NCBI GenBank assembly: GCA_963826115.1
Contig: CAWGVS010000006.1
Coordinates: 1 to 64,000, forward strand
Reading direction: 5' to 3'
DNA: 64,000 nucleotides
From: an uncultured Candidatus Rokubacteria bacterium
GTDB taxonomy: Bacteria; Methylomirabilota; Methylomirabilia; Rokubacteriales; DASRDR01
Below the pieces are notes generated by a model, which was given only the letters and a program-made list of their open reading frames with translations, had not been told where the DNA came from and did no database searches. Position 1 is the stretch's first letter. Each line of letters opens with the position of its first letter. The position numbers and the translations under genes were made by a program. Shown here one piece after another: positions 49,035 to 58,593 of this stretch.

Positions 49035-49215
49035 CTGGCGACCGAGAGGTCACCTAGCCGGACGAACCACGAGAACCTGGCGGGACCTTCGTCTCGGAGT
49101 ACTCCGTCGAAAACAGGCGCGGTTACGTCGACTGAGATCGGCTGAGTAACGCCGGGTTCGGTATCCGCATCCGTTCGTAGTCGACAGGTCATCGGTTCAG
49201 CCCGATCGTCGCCTC
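49035..49215 (+). repeat. att junction 6 (most degenerate; right end of array)
   Basis: ctggcgaccga-gaggtcaccta 49035-49056; degenerate tRNA half 49174-49215 lacking CCA and downstream arm. Confidence 0.8.
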
Positions 49216-49429
49216 GCCCAGGCGAGTCGACCCAGGACACTGGGATTCGCGACCGGAGGGGAGCGATCGGCGCGCTCCTCAGAAGGACGCGATACACGGG
49301 ACACTCACCGCCCTAGTCCCCTGGGTGACGGTCAGGCGCGCTTCCGGCTCGGGCCCAGGGGCACCGCTGCCACCGAGCAGGCTCCAGCGGGAGCATGGCG
49401 GCACAAGCCGCCCGGCGCCGGGCGCGCGG

Positions 49430-50701
49430 CTATGCCAGGGGAGTCGCGCTGGACACGGGGGTGGAACCAGTCTGGAGTCGCGTCGCGGCCCTCCGCGCCA
49501 CGAGCGTGTCCTTGACGAGACGCTCGATCTCGGGGATGCGAGTCGTCCAGTCGTTCTGCCGCGCGACGGCGAGACGCCGCGCCACGTCCTCGCTTGACGC
49601 CGGCCCCGCGGCCTCCCGGACCGCGGCGGCGAACGTCTCCTCGTCGCTGGCGACGCGCACCACGGATCCGTGGGCGGCATTGAGCCGTCGGATCTCGACC
49701 AGGTCGGTCGCCACCACCGGCAATCCCATCGCCAGGTACTCGTTGAGCTTGGCGGGATAGACGGCCGCGGTGTAATCGGTGAGACGGTAGGGCACCACCG
49801 CCACGTCGAACCCCTTGAGATACGTCGGCACCTGCACGTGCGGTTGTGGTCCCAGGAGCCGGACGTTCGGGCATTGTCGGAGCGTCGAGACGTCCGTCTC
49901 GATCGGGCCGACCAGGACGAAGCTCGCGTCCGGCAGGCGCCGCGCGATCCCCGCCAAGAGGACCTGGTCCACCTTGGAGTTCACGCTTCCCAGGTACCCG
50001 ACCCGGGGGTGGGGCAGGTCCCGGACCTCGGGCGGCGGGGAAGCGAGGGACAGCCGCTCGCGCTCGAACTGGCGATAGCCGACACCGAAGGGGAACAGGT
50101 GGACCCGATCCCGATACCGGAGCGCTCGCCGCGAGAGCCTCTCGCTCGTCACCAGCACGAGGTCGGCGCTCCGGAAGAGCTCCGCCTCGCTCTGGCCGAC
50201 GCGGCGAGCGCCGGGCGAGCTCGATGGAAGGTCGTCGACGCAGAAGTAGACCACGAGCTCGGGATCGATCTCGGCGATCGCGTCGCGGGTGAGGGGCGTC
50301 GGGAGAAACGTCCAGACGATCGGTCGGGAACCACCGGTGGCGCGTAACCAGCGCCGGATGGGGCGCATGAGGAGCGTCCGGTTGATCCGGCGGGCCACCG
50401 GCGAGTAAGGGAACGGCAGGATCAGGGGTGAGTAGATGGAGAGGTTCGCCCGCTCCGTGCGGAGCCCGCCCGCCCCGCGGCGCCAGTTCCGGAGGCGTCG
50501 GGCCAGCCGCGGCAGGTCTCGGAGCTCGGGAGTCCGGACCCCGGTGTTCTCGACGAACAGTACGCGGCTTCCCTCGGCCGCGAGGGTGGCCATGATCTCG
50601 TGGTGTCCCTGCCAGTTGAAGTCCCAGTCGATCGACGAGATGCACACGATGCGCTCGCCGGCGCGCGGATGTGCGTCGCCACGCGGGGCGTCGTCAGCCA
50701 T
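49430..50701 (-). CDS. Glycosyltransferase family 4 (TuaH-like)
   Basis: 'CISSIDWDFNWQGHHE', 'YPAKLNEYLAMGLPVV'. Confidence 0.87.
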   Translation of the reverse strand: MADDAPRGDAHPRAGERIVCISSIDWDFNWQGHHEIMATLAAEGSRVLFVENTGVRTPELRDLPRLARRLRNWRRGAGGLRTERANLSIYSPLILPFPYSPVARRINRTLLMRPIRRWLRATGGSRPIVWTFLPTPLTRDAIAEIDPELVVYFCVDDLPSSSPGARRVGQSEAELFRSADLVLVTSERLSRRALRYRDRVHLFPFGVGYRQFERERLSLASPPPEVRDLPHPRVGYLGSVNSKVDQVLLAGIARRLPDASFVLVGPIETDVSTLRQCPNVRLLGPQPHVQVPTYLKGFDVAVVPYRLTDYTAAVYPAKLNEYLAMGLPVVATDLVEIRRLNAAHGSVVRVASDEETFAAAVREAAGPASSEDVARRLAVARQNDWTTRIPEIERLVKDTLVARRAATRLQTGSTPVSSATPLA

Positions 50702-51366
50702 TTGCCCGGCCTGGCTGGAGCGCCGCGAAGACCTCTGCGGCGGAGTCAGCCGTCTCGACGAACGTCCGATCGAGCTCCGTGAGCCGCATGTCGCCGTCAA
50801 TCCCTCGGAGCGCCGCCGCGGGGGGCCGCCGTCAGCGATCGCTCCGGTGAGATCGGGAAGAGCGCCGGGGCCGCGCGACCGCGCATCGCGCAACTCTACC
50901 ACGGCGCCATTTCGGCCGAGACGCGCTCGGCCTGCAGTGAGCTGGCCGAGCGCGGCCACTTGGTGTTCTCCGTCACTCGGGAGGAGGGTCGATCCTCGAT
51001 CGCGCATCCCGGCGTTCACCGCGTTACCTGCGAGCCCCGCCTTCGCTCGGGATCGCGACCGACGCTCGGCCCCGGCGAGGGGGGTGAAGGGCGTCCCCCA
51101 GGCGACTCGCTTCCTCTGGTGGCTCGCGCTTCTCGGGGCGGGCGAGACCGGCGGGGCGGGCCGCCGCCTGCCGCGCCGAAGGCTCGCTGATCCCTTCGAT
51201 CGGCGCGCCCGGCGAGTTCGGCAAGGAGGCTCTCGCGTCCACGGCGGCTCGTCGGATATCCTGGGCCGGCCTGTCAGGCTGGTCCTGCGCAGATCAGGGG
51301 AGAGACGATGCTGAGCGATCATGCCTTCGCCGCGCCGAGGGGCCGCCAGGTCTGAGCGGATCGAGC

Positions 51367-52965
51367 GTGACCCGCGACGATCCCGCCGACGTCCTCGTGA
51401 TCGGCGCCGGGGCGGCCGGCGCGGCCGTGGCCTGGATGCTCGCGCGCGCCGGCATCGGCGTCACGTGCCTCGAGCAGGGGGACTGGGTCGACCCGCGCGC
51501 CCTGCCGCACTGGGGAACCGACTGGGAGCTCCATCGCAACACCGACTGGAGCGCCGAGCCCAACGTGCGGCGGCTTCCCCAGGACTACCCGGTCAACGAC
51601 GCCGGGTCGCCGATCGCGCCGCTGATGTACAACGCGGTCGGGGGAAGCACGATTCACTGGAGCGCCCACTTCCCGCGCTTCCGTCCCTCGGACTTTCGCG
51701 TGCGGACTCTCGACGGGGTCGCGGACGACTGGCCGGTCGACTACGCCACGCTCGAGCCGTTCTTCGACCTGAACGATCGCATGATGGGCGTCGCGGGCGT
51801 CACCGGCGACCCCGCGTATCCCCCGAAGTCACCGCGGCAGACGCCGCCGGTCCCGCTGGACACGCTGGGCGGGACGATGGCCCGCGGGTTCGATCGACTC
51901 GGCTGGCACTGGTGGCCGTCGGACAGCGCCATCCTCACGCGCGAGTACGACGGCCGCCGGGCCTGTACCAACTGCGGGCCGTGCGACCTCGGCTGCCCGA
52001 CGGGCGCCAAGGCGAGCACCGATCTCACCTACTGGCCCAAGGCCCTGGCCGCCGGCGCGCGGTTGCTGACGCGGGCGCGGGTGCGGGAGATCACGCTCGA
52101 CCCGGACGGACGGGCTGCCGGCGCCCTCTACCACGACGCCGAGGGGCGTGTCCGCGAGCAGAAGGCGCGCGCGGTGGTCCTGGCCGCCAACGGGATCGGC
52201 ACGCCGCGGCTCCTGCTGAACTCGCGCTCGGCGCGGTTCCCGGACGGGCTGGCCAATCGCAGCGGACTCGTGGGCCGGAATCTCATGTTCCATCCCTATG
52301 CGATGGTGCGCGGCATCTTCGACCGGCCGCTCGGCGGATACCGGGGTCCCATCGGCTGCAGCCTCATCAGCCAGGAGTTCTACGAGACGGATCTCTCGCG
52401 CGGTTTCGTGCGCGGGTACTCGTTCCAGGTCGCCCGCGGACTCTCGCCGATCGCCTCGGCCCGCGGTGGGTTCATCGCGGACCGCGTGCCCTGGGGCCGC
52501 GCGCACCGCCAGGCCTACGACGCGCGCTTCGATCGCACGATCACGGTCGCGGTCATCGCCGAGGACCTGCCCGAGCCGGGGAACCGCGTGGACCTCGACC
52601 CCGCGCTCACCGACGGTCACGGGATCCCCGCGCCGCGCGTGTCGTACACGCTCAGCGAGAACAGCCGGCGCATGCTCGCGCACGGCGTCGCCCGGGCGAC
52701 CGAGGCCCTGGAAGCGGCCGGCGCCCGCGAGATCTCGGCCAATCCCCTCCTGCGCGCCGGCGGCTGGCACCTGATGGGCACGGCGCGCATGGGACGGGAT
52801 CCGGCGACCTCGGTGATCGACGCTCAGGGGCGCTGCCACGACGTGCCGAACCTCTACGTCGTGGACGGCAGCACGCTGGTGACCGGCGCCGCGGTGAACC
52901 CCACTTCGACGATCCAGGCGGTGGCGCTCTACATCGCCGACGGGATGATCCGGAGGCGCGCGTGA
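51367..52965 (+). CDS. GMC-family flavoprotein oxidoreductase
   Basis: GAGAAG, 'VGGSTIHW', CTNCGPC..GC, 'HLMGTARMG', 'NPTSTIQA'. Confidence 0.92.
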   Translation: MTRDDPADVLVIGAGAAGAAVAWMLARAGIGVTCLEQGDWVDPRALPHWGTDWELHRNTDWSAEPNVRRLPQDYPVNDAGSPIAPLMYNAVGGSTIHWSAHFPRFRPSDFRVRTLDGVADDWPVDYATLEPFFDLNDRMMGVAGVTGDPAYPPKSPRQTPPVPLDTLGGTMARGFDRLGWHWWPSDSAILTREYDGRRACTNCGPCDLGCPTGAKASTDLTYWPKALAAGARLLTRARVREITLDPDGRAAGALYHDAEGRVREQKARAVVLAANGIGTPRLLLNSRSARFPDGLANRSGLVGRNLMFHPYAMVRGIFDRPLGGYRGPIGCSLISQEFYETDLSRGFVRGYSFQVARGLSPIASARGGFIADRVPWGRAHRQAYDARFDRTITVAVIAEDLPEPGNRVDLDPALTDGHGIPAPRVSYTLSENSRRMLAHGVARATEALEAAGAREISANPLLRAGGWHLMGTARMGRDPATSVIDAQGRCHDVPNLYVVDGSTLVTGAAVNPTSTIQAVALYIADGMIRRRA

Positions 52966-53414
52966 CGGGATCGCAGCTGGCCGGGCAGCGCGACCTGCTG
53001 ATCGTGGTCCTGGACGCGCTGGTGCCGGAGGACGCGGGCTTCCCCGACGCCGGCGCGGTCGCGGTCGACCATCTCCTCGCCGTGGCGGCCGCGTCGGCGG
53101 ATCTGGACAGTCTGCTCTCCGGGGGGTTGCGGGCGGTGGAGCAGGCGAGCCGGGCCGCCGGCGCCACGGGTCTCGGGTCGCTGAGCGCCGACGGGCGCGA
53201 GGCGGTGCTTCGCCGCGTCGAGCAGTCGCACGCCGCCTTCTTCGAAGCGCTGGTCGGGCATGCGTACGACGGGTACTACAGTCACCCGACGGTCGTCGCG
53301 CGACTGGGGCTCGATCCGAGCCCGCTCCATCCCCGCGGTCACCGTGTCGAGACGGCGGACGCGCCCGACCTCGCCCGCGTCAGCGCGCGTGGCCCGATCT
53401 ATCGCCGCGCCTGA
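52962..53414 (+). CDS. Gluconate-2-dehydrogenase subunit-3-like partner
   Basis: GTGA overlap with the GMC gene; 'LDALVP..FPDAG', 'GYYSHP'. Confidence 0.72.
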   Translation: MTGSQLAGQRDLLIVVLDALVPEDAGFPDAGAVAVDHLLAVAAASADLDSLLSGGLRAVEQASRAAGATGLGSLSADGREAVLRRVEQSHAAFFEALVGHAYDGYYSHPTVVARLGLDPSPLHPRGHRVETADAPDLARVSARGPIYRRA

Positions 53415-53508
53415 GAGCAATGGGGGCGCGAGGCTCACGCGCCGGGACCGCGCGGTGCCCTGACGCGTTGACTGATCTGCATCCGATTGATACGCAAGGA
53501 ATGCCACC

Positions 53509-54288
53509 ATGCGTGCCCCGGAGATCGGGAAGGTCGCCACGGCGCAGGACGGAGCGCCTGCTCGGGCCGTGACTCGAGGCGATCGGTCGTCCGGAGTCCC
53601 GCCGGTCCGCCCGACGCTCAGGCGGCGGGCGACGGCCGAGGCGCTCGGCACCGGGCTCCTGGTCGCGGCGGTCGTGGGGTCCGGGATCATGGGGGAGCGC
53701 CTGGCTGGCGGTAACGCGGGCCTGGCCCTCCTGGCGAATACCGCCGCCACCGGCGCGGCCCTGGTGGCGTTGATCCTCGCGCTCGGCCCCGTGTCCGGCG
53801 CCCACTTCAACCCCGTCGTGACGCTGGGCGCGAGCGTGACCGGCGCGCTGACCCGGGGTGACGTCCCCGCCTACGTCGCGGCGCAGGTGCTCGGGGGCCT
53901 GCTCGGCGCGGCGATCGCCAACCTCATGTTCGAGGGCCCCATCTTCTCGCTCGCGCAGCACGCGCGGCACGGGCCGGCCCAGCTCCTGAGCGAGGTCGTC
54001 GCGACGTTCGGGCTGCTCCTCGTCATCGGTCTGGGCGTGCGGCACCGGCCGGCCGCCGTGCCGTTCGCGGTGGCGGCGTACATCACGGCAGCGTACTGGT
54101 TCACGGCGTCGACGTCCTTCGCCAACCCCGCGGTGACGCTGGCGCGCGCCCTCAGCGACTCGTTCGCGGGGATCCGGCCGCAGGACGTCCCGGGATTCGT
54201 CGCCGCGCAGTGCGTCGGCGGAGCGCTGGCGATCGGGGTCGTGCGCTGGCTCCTGACCCCCCCGGCCGGCAGCCCGGAGCCCGAGTGA
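53509..54288 (+). CDS. MIP/aquaglyceroporin (AqpS-like arsenite channel)
   Basis: 'SGAHFNPVVT', 'YWFTASTSFANPAVT'. Confidence 0.9.
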   Translation: MRAPEIGKVATAQDGAPARAVTRGDRSSGVPPVRPTLRRRATAEALGTGLLVAAVVGSGIMGERLAGGNAGLALLANTAATGAALVALILALGPVSGAHFNPVVTLGASVTGALTRGDVPAYVAAQVLGGLLGAAIANLMFEGPIFSLAQHARHGPAQLLSEVVATFGLLLVIGLGVRHRPAAVPFAVAAYITAAYWFTASTSFANPAVTLARALSDSFAGIRPQDVPGFVAAQCVGGALAIGVVRWLLTPPAGSPEPE

Positions 54289-55220
54289 TGCGCCGGCAGG
54301 TGCTGTTCCTGTGCACGCACAACTCCGCCCGGAGCCAGATGGCGGAGGGATGGCTGCGGCATCTGGCGGGGGACCGCTTCGAGGCGGCGAGCGCCGGCAC
54401 CGAGGCGACGCGCGTCCATCCGCTCGCGATCCAGGCCATGCGCGAGGTTGCGATCGACCTGGGCTCCCACTCCTCGAAGACCCTGGACGCCCTCCCGGAT
54501 CGCCCGTGGGACTTCGTGATCACCGTGTGCGATGCCGCCAACGAGCGGTGCCCGCTGTTCCCGGGACGCACCACGCGGCTTCACTGGAGCTTCGAAGACC
54601 CGTCTCGAGCGGCCGGGAGCGAGGCGGAGCGCCTCGCCACCTTCCGGCGCGTCCGCGACGAGATCCGCGCGCGGCTCGAGGGCTGGCTGGCCACCGCGCG
54701 TGATGCCGACGTGGCCCTGACCAGTCGCCTCGCGACCGGCGCCGACGCCGAGGCGATCGCGCGCATCTACAACGAGGGCATCGAGGAGCGCATCGCCACG
54801 TTCGAGACCGAGCCGCGCTCGGCGGCGCAGCTCGAGCGTCAGCTGGCGGAGAAGGGCGACCGCTATCCCACGGTCGTGGTGGAGCGGGAGGGCGAGGTCG
54901 TGGCCTGGGCGAGCGCCGGCCCCTACCGCGCGCGGGATGCCTACGCGGGGGTCGCGGAGCACTCGGTCTACACCGCGCGACGCGCCCGGGGCCTCGGCGC
55001 CGGACGGGTCGCCCTGGACGCGCTGATCCGCGCCTACGAGGCGCGGGGGTTCTGGAAGCTCGTGTCCCGGATCTTCCCCGAGAACCAGGCGAGCCTGGCC
55101 CTCCACGAGCGCGCGGGCTTCCGCGTCGTCGGCGTCTATCGCCGGCACGGCCGGCTCGAGGGTGCCTGGCGCGACTGCGTCATCGTGGAGCGGCTCCTCG
55201 GCCAGGCCGCGCGCGACTGA
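54288..55220 (+). CDS. arsC: Arsenate reductase ArsC (LMW-PTP type) fused to ArsN1-like GNAT acetyltransferase
   Basis: 'FLCTHNSARSQMAEG...HWSFEDP...FRRVRDEI', then 'IYNEGIEERIATFETEPR...WKLVSRIFPEN'. Confidence 0.85.
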   Translation: MRRQVLFLCTHNSARSQMAEGWLRHLAGDRFEAASAGTEATRVHPLAIQAMREVAIDLGSHSSKTLDALPDRPWDFVITVCDAANERCPLFPGRTTRLHWSFEDPSRAAGSEAERLATFRRVRDEIRARLEGWLATARDADVALTSRLATGADAEAIARIYNEGIEERIATFETEPRSAAQLERQLAEKGDRYPTVVVEREGEVVAWASAGPYRARDAYAGVAEHSVYTARRARGLGAGRVALDALIRAYEARGFWKLVSRIFPENQASLALHERAGFRVVGVYRRHGRLEGAWRDCVIVERLLGQAARD

Positions 55221-55268
55221 CGACTACGGCCCGGGCCCGGGCATGGCGCCGAGACGTGTGAAGGGAAC

Positions 55269-56552
55269 GTGGCGTCGTGCTGGCGCGAGGCCCCCCACGC
55301 GATGCCGCTGAAGCGCGGAGTGGTGGCGATGTGCGCCGCGCAGGCCTGCGCCCAGATCGGCGCGTTCGCCGTGGCGGCGCTCCTGCCGACGCTGATCGCC
55401 GCCTGGTCGCTGACCAACACCGAGGCGGGGTGGATCAGCGGCATCTACTACGCCGCGTACACGCTCGTCGTTCCGCTTCTCGCGTCCCTGACGGATCGCG
55501 TCGATCCCCGACGCGTCTACCTGGGCTCGGTTGCCGTGACCGCGATGGCCTTCTTCGGGTTCGCGTGGCTCGCCACCGGCTTCTGGTCGGCGCTGGCGTG
55601 CCGGGCGCTCATGGGCGCCGGATGGGCGGGAAGCTACATGCCGGGCCTCAAGGCCTTGAGCGACCTCGCGGAGGGCCCGCAGCAATCCCGCGCCGTGGCC
55701 GCGCACGCGGCGGCGGTGGGAGTGAGCGGCGCGCTCTCGTTCGGCGTGGCCGGAGCGGTGAACGCCGCGCTCGGTTGGCAGTGGGCGCTGATGCCGGGGG
55801 CCATCGGCGCGGCCGTGGCGTTCGTGCTGGTGCTGGCCGGCCTGCCGCCGCGGCCCGTCAGCCCGCCGACCGGCTCGCGCGGCGCCCTGCTCGACTTCCG
55901 CCCCGTCCTCCGGAACCGCTCCGCCCTGGCGTACTCGGTCGCCTACTGCGTCCATACGTGGGAGATGTCCGCCCTGCGCGGCTGGGTCGTCGCGTTCCTG
56001 ACGTTCGCGGCCGCTCGGGCTCCGGAGTCCTGGGTTCCGCTCGCCCCGGCCACCGTCGCCAGCGCGATGGGTCTGCTCGGCGTGTGGGCCAGCGTGTGGG
56101 GAAACGAGCTCGCCATGCGAGTTGGACGCCGCCGTTTCATCCTGGGCACCATGCTCGCCTCCGCTGCGCTGGCGGCCGGGATCGGCTTCAGCGCGGCCCT
56201 CCCGTACGCGGGCGCGGCCGCGCTGGTGTTCCTCTACGCGGTGCTGATCTGGTCCGATTCCTCGTCACTGACCGCGGGAAGCGCCGGCAGCGCCGAGCCA
56301 GGCCGACGCGGCGCGACGCTCGCCGTCCACTCGACGCTCGGGTACGCCGGCGGCTTCCTCGGGCCGCTGGCCCTCGGGGCGACGCTCGATCTGCTGGGCG
56401 GCGCGAGCGTGCGGGGGTGGGGGGTGGCCTTTGCCCACGTCACGATCGCGCTACTGCTGGGTGCGTTCCTGTTCGCGCGGCTCGGCCCCGCGGATCTGGC
56501 CGGTGATCGCTCGGCGCGTCCGGCCAAGGCAGGCGCTTCGGGTCGGTCCTGA
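55269..56552 (+). CDS. MFS transporter
   Basis: About 12 TM segments; 'SLTDRVDPRR', 'YMPGLKAL'. Confidence 0.85.
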   Translation: MASCWREAPHAMPLKRGVVAMCAAQACAQIGAFAVAALLPTLIAAWSLTNTEAGWISGIYYAAYTLVVPLLASLTDRVDPRRVYLGSVAVTAMAFFGFAWLATGFWSALACRALMGAGWAGSYMPGLKALSDLAEGPQQSRAVAAHAAAVGVSGALSFGVAGAVNAALGWQWALMPGAIGAAVAFVLVLAGLPPRPVSPPTGSRGALLDFRPVLRNRSALAYSVAYCVHTWEMSALRGWVVAFLTFAAARAPESWVPLAPATVASAMGLLGVWASVWGNELAMRVGRRRFILGTMLASAALAAGIGFSAALPYAGAAALVFLYAVLIWSDSSSLTAGSAGSAEPGRRGATLAVHSTLGYAGGFLGPLALGATLDLLGGASVRGWGVAFAHVTIALLLGAFLFARLGPADLAGDRSARPAKAGASGRS

Positions 56553-56619
56553 GGCGGGGCCGCTCCAGGGGCGGGGGTCGCGGGAGCGTGATCCCGATCC
56601 CGTCGAATCAGAATCGGGC

Positions 56620-56655
56620 TTGACATGAGTCCCAATGAGTCGTAATACTACGACT
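56620..56655 (+). promoter_or_regulatory. arsR promoter with operator palindrome
   Basis: TTGACA 56620-56625, 17 nt, TAATAC; inverted repeat AGTCGTA-atac-TACGACT 56638-56655. Confidence 0.7.
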
Positions 56656-56656
56656 T

Positions 56657-57019
56657 GTGAACGCGCAAAGCCCCCTCCGTACCGCGCCGGGTGCCGCCGC
56701 GAGTCCCCCCTCGAGGGGGGGGGCTGTCGCATCCCGCGGCCTCGCGATCACGCCGGCCGACGAGGAGCTCGCCGGGTTCACCCGGGCGCTCGGCCATCCG
56801 ATCCGAGTGGCGATCATGCGGCACCTCCTCGAGCGGGGCGAGTCTGTCTGCACGGACCTGTCTGACGTCGTCCCGCTCGCCCACTCCACGACGATGCAGC
56901 ACCTCAAGGTGCTCAAGGAGGCCGGCCTGGTCTCCACCGGCCGGTGTGGCCGGAACGTCCTCTACTGCGTGAACCCCGAGGCGCTGCGGCAGCTCCGCGC
57001 CCTGGTGGGTCGCCTGTAG
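56657..57019 (+). CDS. arsR: ArsR-family repressor
   Basis: 'ALGHPIRVAI', 'VCTDL', 'QHLKVLKEAGLV', 'YCVNPE'. Confidence 0.88.
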   Translation: MNAQSPLRTAPGAAASPPSRGGAVASRGLAITPADEELAGFTRALGHPIRVAIMRHLLERGESVCTDLSDVVPLAHSTTMQHLKVLKEAGLVSTGRCGRNVLYCVNPEALRQLRALVGRL

Positions 57020-57077
57020 TTTTTTTGCCGTGAGAAGTCGTCAGACGCCGACACACGACTCAGAGGAGATACCGACG

Positions 57078-58571
57078 ATGTCGACTTCCTCGCTCCCGAT
57101 CGCGATCATCGGCGCGGGCCCCGTGGGACTGGCCGCAGCCGCCCACCTCCTCCGCCGCGGCGAGATGCCGATCGTCCTGGAGGCGGGCGTCCAGGTGGGC
57201 GCGGCGGTGCGACAGTGGGCGCACGTGCGGGTCTTCTCGCCCTGGCGCTACAACGTCGACCCCGTCGCCGCCGCGATGCTGGAGAAAGCGGGCTGGACGA
57301 CGCCCGACCCGGATCACCTGCCGACCGGGGGGGAGCTCGTCGCCGAGTATCTCGAGCCGCTCGCGGCGCTGCCCGAGATGGCCCCGTCGCTCCGGCTCGG
57401 CACGCGTGTCGTCAGCGTCAGCCGCGAGGGCTTCGACAAGCTCCGGACGGACGGCCGTGACGCGGCCCCGTTCGTGCTGCGTGTCCTCACGCCCGCCGGT
57501 GAGGAGGAGGAGATCCGAGCCCGGGCGGTCGTCGACGCCTCGGGCACCTACGGCGGCCCGAATCCCCTCGGGGCGGACGGGACTCCCGCCCGCGGAGAGG
57601 CCCGGATCCGGGACCGCGTCTTTTACGGCATCCCCGACGTGCTCGGGACGCATCGGCACCGCTACGCCGGCCGGCGCGTGGCGGTCGTGGGGAGCGGCCA
57701 CTCCGCGCTCAACACTCTCATCGACCTCGCGGCGCTGCGCGACGCGGCCCCCGGGACCGAGATCGTGTGGATCGTCCGGCGTCCGCCGGCGGCGCGCGTG
57801 TTCGGCGGCGGCGCGGCCGACGCCTTGCCCGCGCGGAGCGCGCTGGGGCAGCAGGCGCGCCGATTCCTGGATCGCGGCGCGGTGACGCTCGTTGTCGGGC
57901 GCATCGCGGCTGTTGCCCAAACCGCCCGCGGCGTCTCGATCCACGACGAGGCCGGCCGAAACCTGGCGGCGATCGACGAGGTGGTGGCCGTGACGGGCTT
58001 TCGACCGGACCTCGGCCCGCTCCGGGAGCTGCGCCTCGACCTCGACCCGATCATGGAAGCTCCGCGGGCGCTGGCCCCGCTGATCGACCCGAACGTCCAC
58101 AGCTGCGGGACGGTGCCGCCGCACGGCGTCGAGGAGCTCGCGCAGCCCGAGCCCGGCCTCTTCGTGGTCGGCATGAAGAGCTACGGGCGCGCGCCGACGT
58201 TCCTCATGCTGACCGGCTACGAGCAGGTCCGGTCGATCGCCTGCGCGCTGACCGGAGACTGGACCGGCGCGCGGCGCGTCGAGCTCACGTTGCCCCCGAC
58301 GGGGGTCTGCAGCGCGACCCCGAGCGACGCGCGCGTGGAGGACGCCGAGCCGGTGGTGTCCTGCTGTGGCGGCCCGGCGCCGGTGACGGTGAACGCCTGC
58401 TGCGCCGCGGACGCCGACGCCAAGGCGACCGGGCAGGAGGGCTGCGGCTGCGGGCCGGAGAGCTCGGCCGAGACCGGGCGGATGGGCGCGGCGGGGGAGG
58501 CGCCACGAAGGCCGTTGCTGAGCATCGTCGCGCCCCGACCGGACTCGCCCGCGAGCTCCTGCTGCAGCTAG
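57078..58571 (+). CDS. ArsO-like flavin-dependent oxidoreductase with Cys-rich tail
   Basis: GAGPVG, 'WAHVRVFSPW', 'HSCGTV.PHG', 'GMKSYGRAPTFL..TGYEQ'; tail SCCGGP..ACCAAD..GCGC..SSCCS. Confidence 0.85.
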   Translation: MSTSSLPIAIIGAGPVGLAAAAHLLRRGEMPIVLEAGVQVGAAVRQWAHVRVFSPWRYNVDPVAAAMLEKAGWTTPDPDHLPTGGELVAEYLEPLAALPEMAPSLRLGTRVVSVSREGFDKLRTDGRDAAPFVLRVLTPAGEEEEIRARAVVDASGTYGGPNPLGADGTPARGEARIRDRVFYGIPDVLGTHRHRYAGRRVAVVGSGHSALNTLIDLAALRDAAPGTEIVWIVRRPPAARVFGGGAADALPARSALGQQARRFLDRGAVTLVVGRIAAVAQTARGVSIHDEAGRNLAAIDEVVAVTGFRPDLGPLRELRLDLDPIMEAPRALAPLIDPNVHSCGTVPPHGVEELAQPEPGLFVVGMKSYGRAPTFLMLTGYEQVRSIACALTGDWTGARRVELTLPPTGVCSATPSDARVEDAEPVVSCCGGPAPVTVNACCAADADAKATGQEGCGCGPESSAETGRMGAAGEAPRRPLLSIVAPRPDSPASSCCS

Positions 58572-58593
58572 GAGTGCCCGGGTCCCCGGCCTG

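Larger units (their letters stand above)
47771..49215. mobile_element. Unit 5 (~1.45 kb), single-gene cassette
   Basis: Lies between cores at 47726 and 49174. Confidence 0.75.

Noticed and set aside
31622-49215. Five additional tRNA genes
   Set aside because: Each copy lacks the 5' acceptor strand, D arm and 5' anticodon stem. They are att-site fragments, not functional tRNAs.
5923-49215. CRISPR array or classical integron
   Set aside because: Repeat spacing is 1.3-25.7 kb, the repeats are tRNA-derived, and there is no cas gene, intI or series of attC hairpins.
5968-49215. Prophage, ICE or IS-built island
   Set aside because: No structural phage, conjugation, relaxase, transposase or intact integrase ORF is recognisable.
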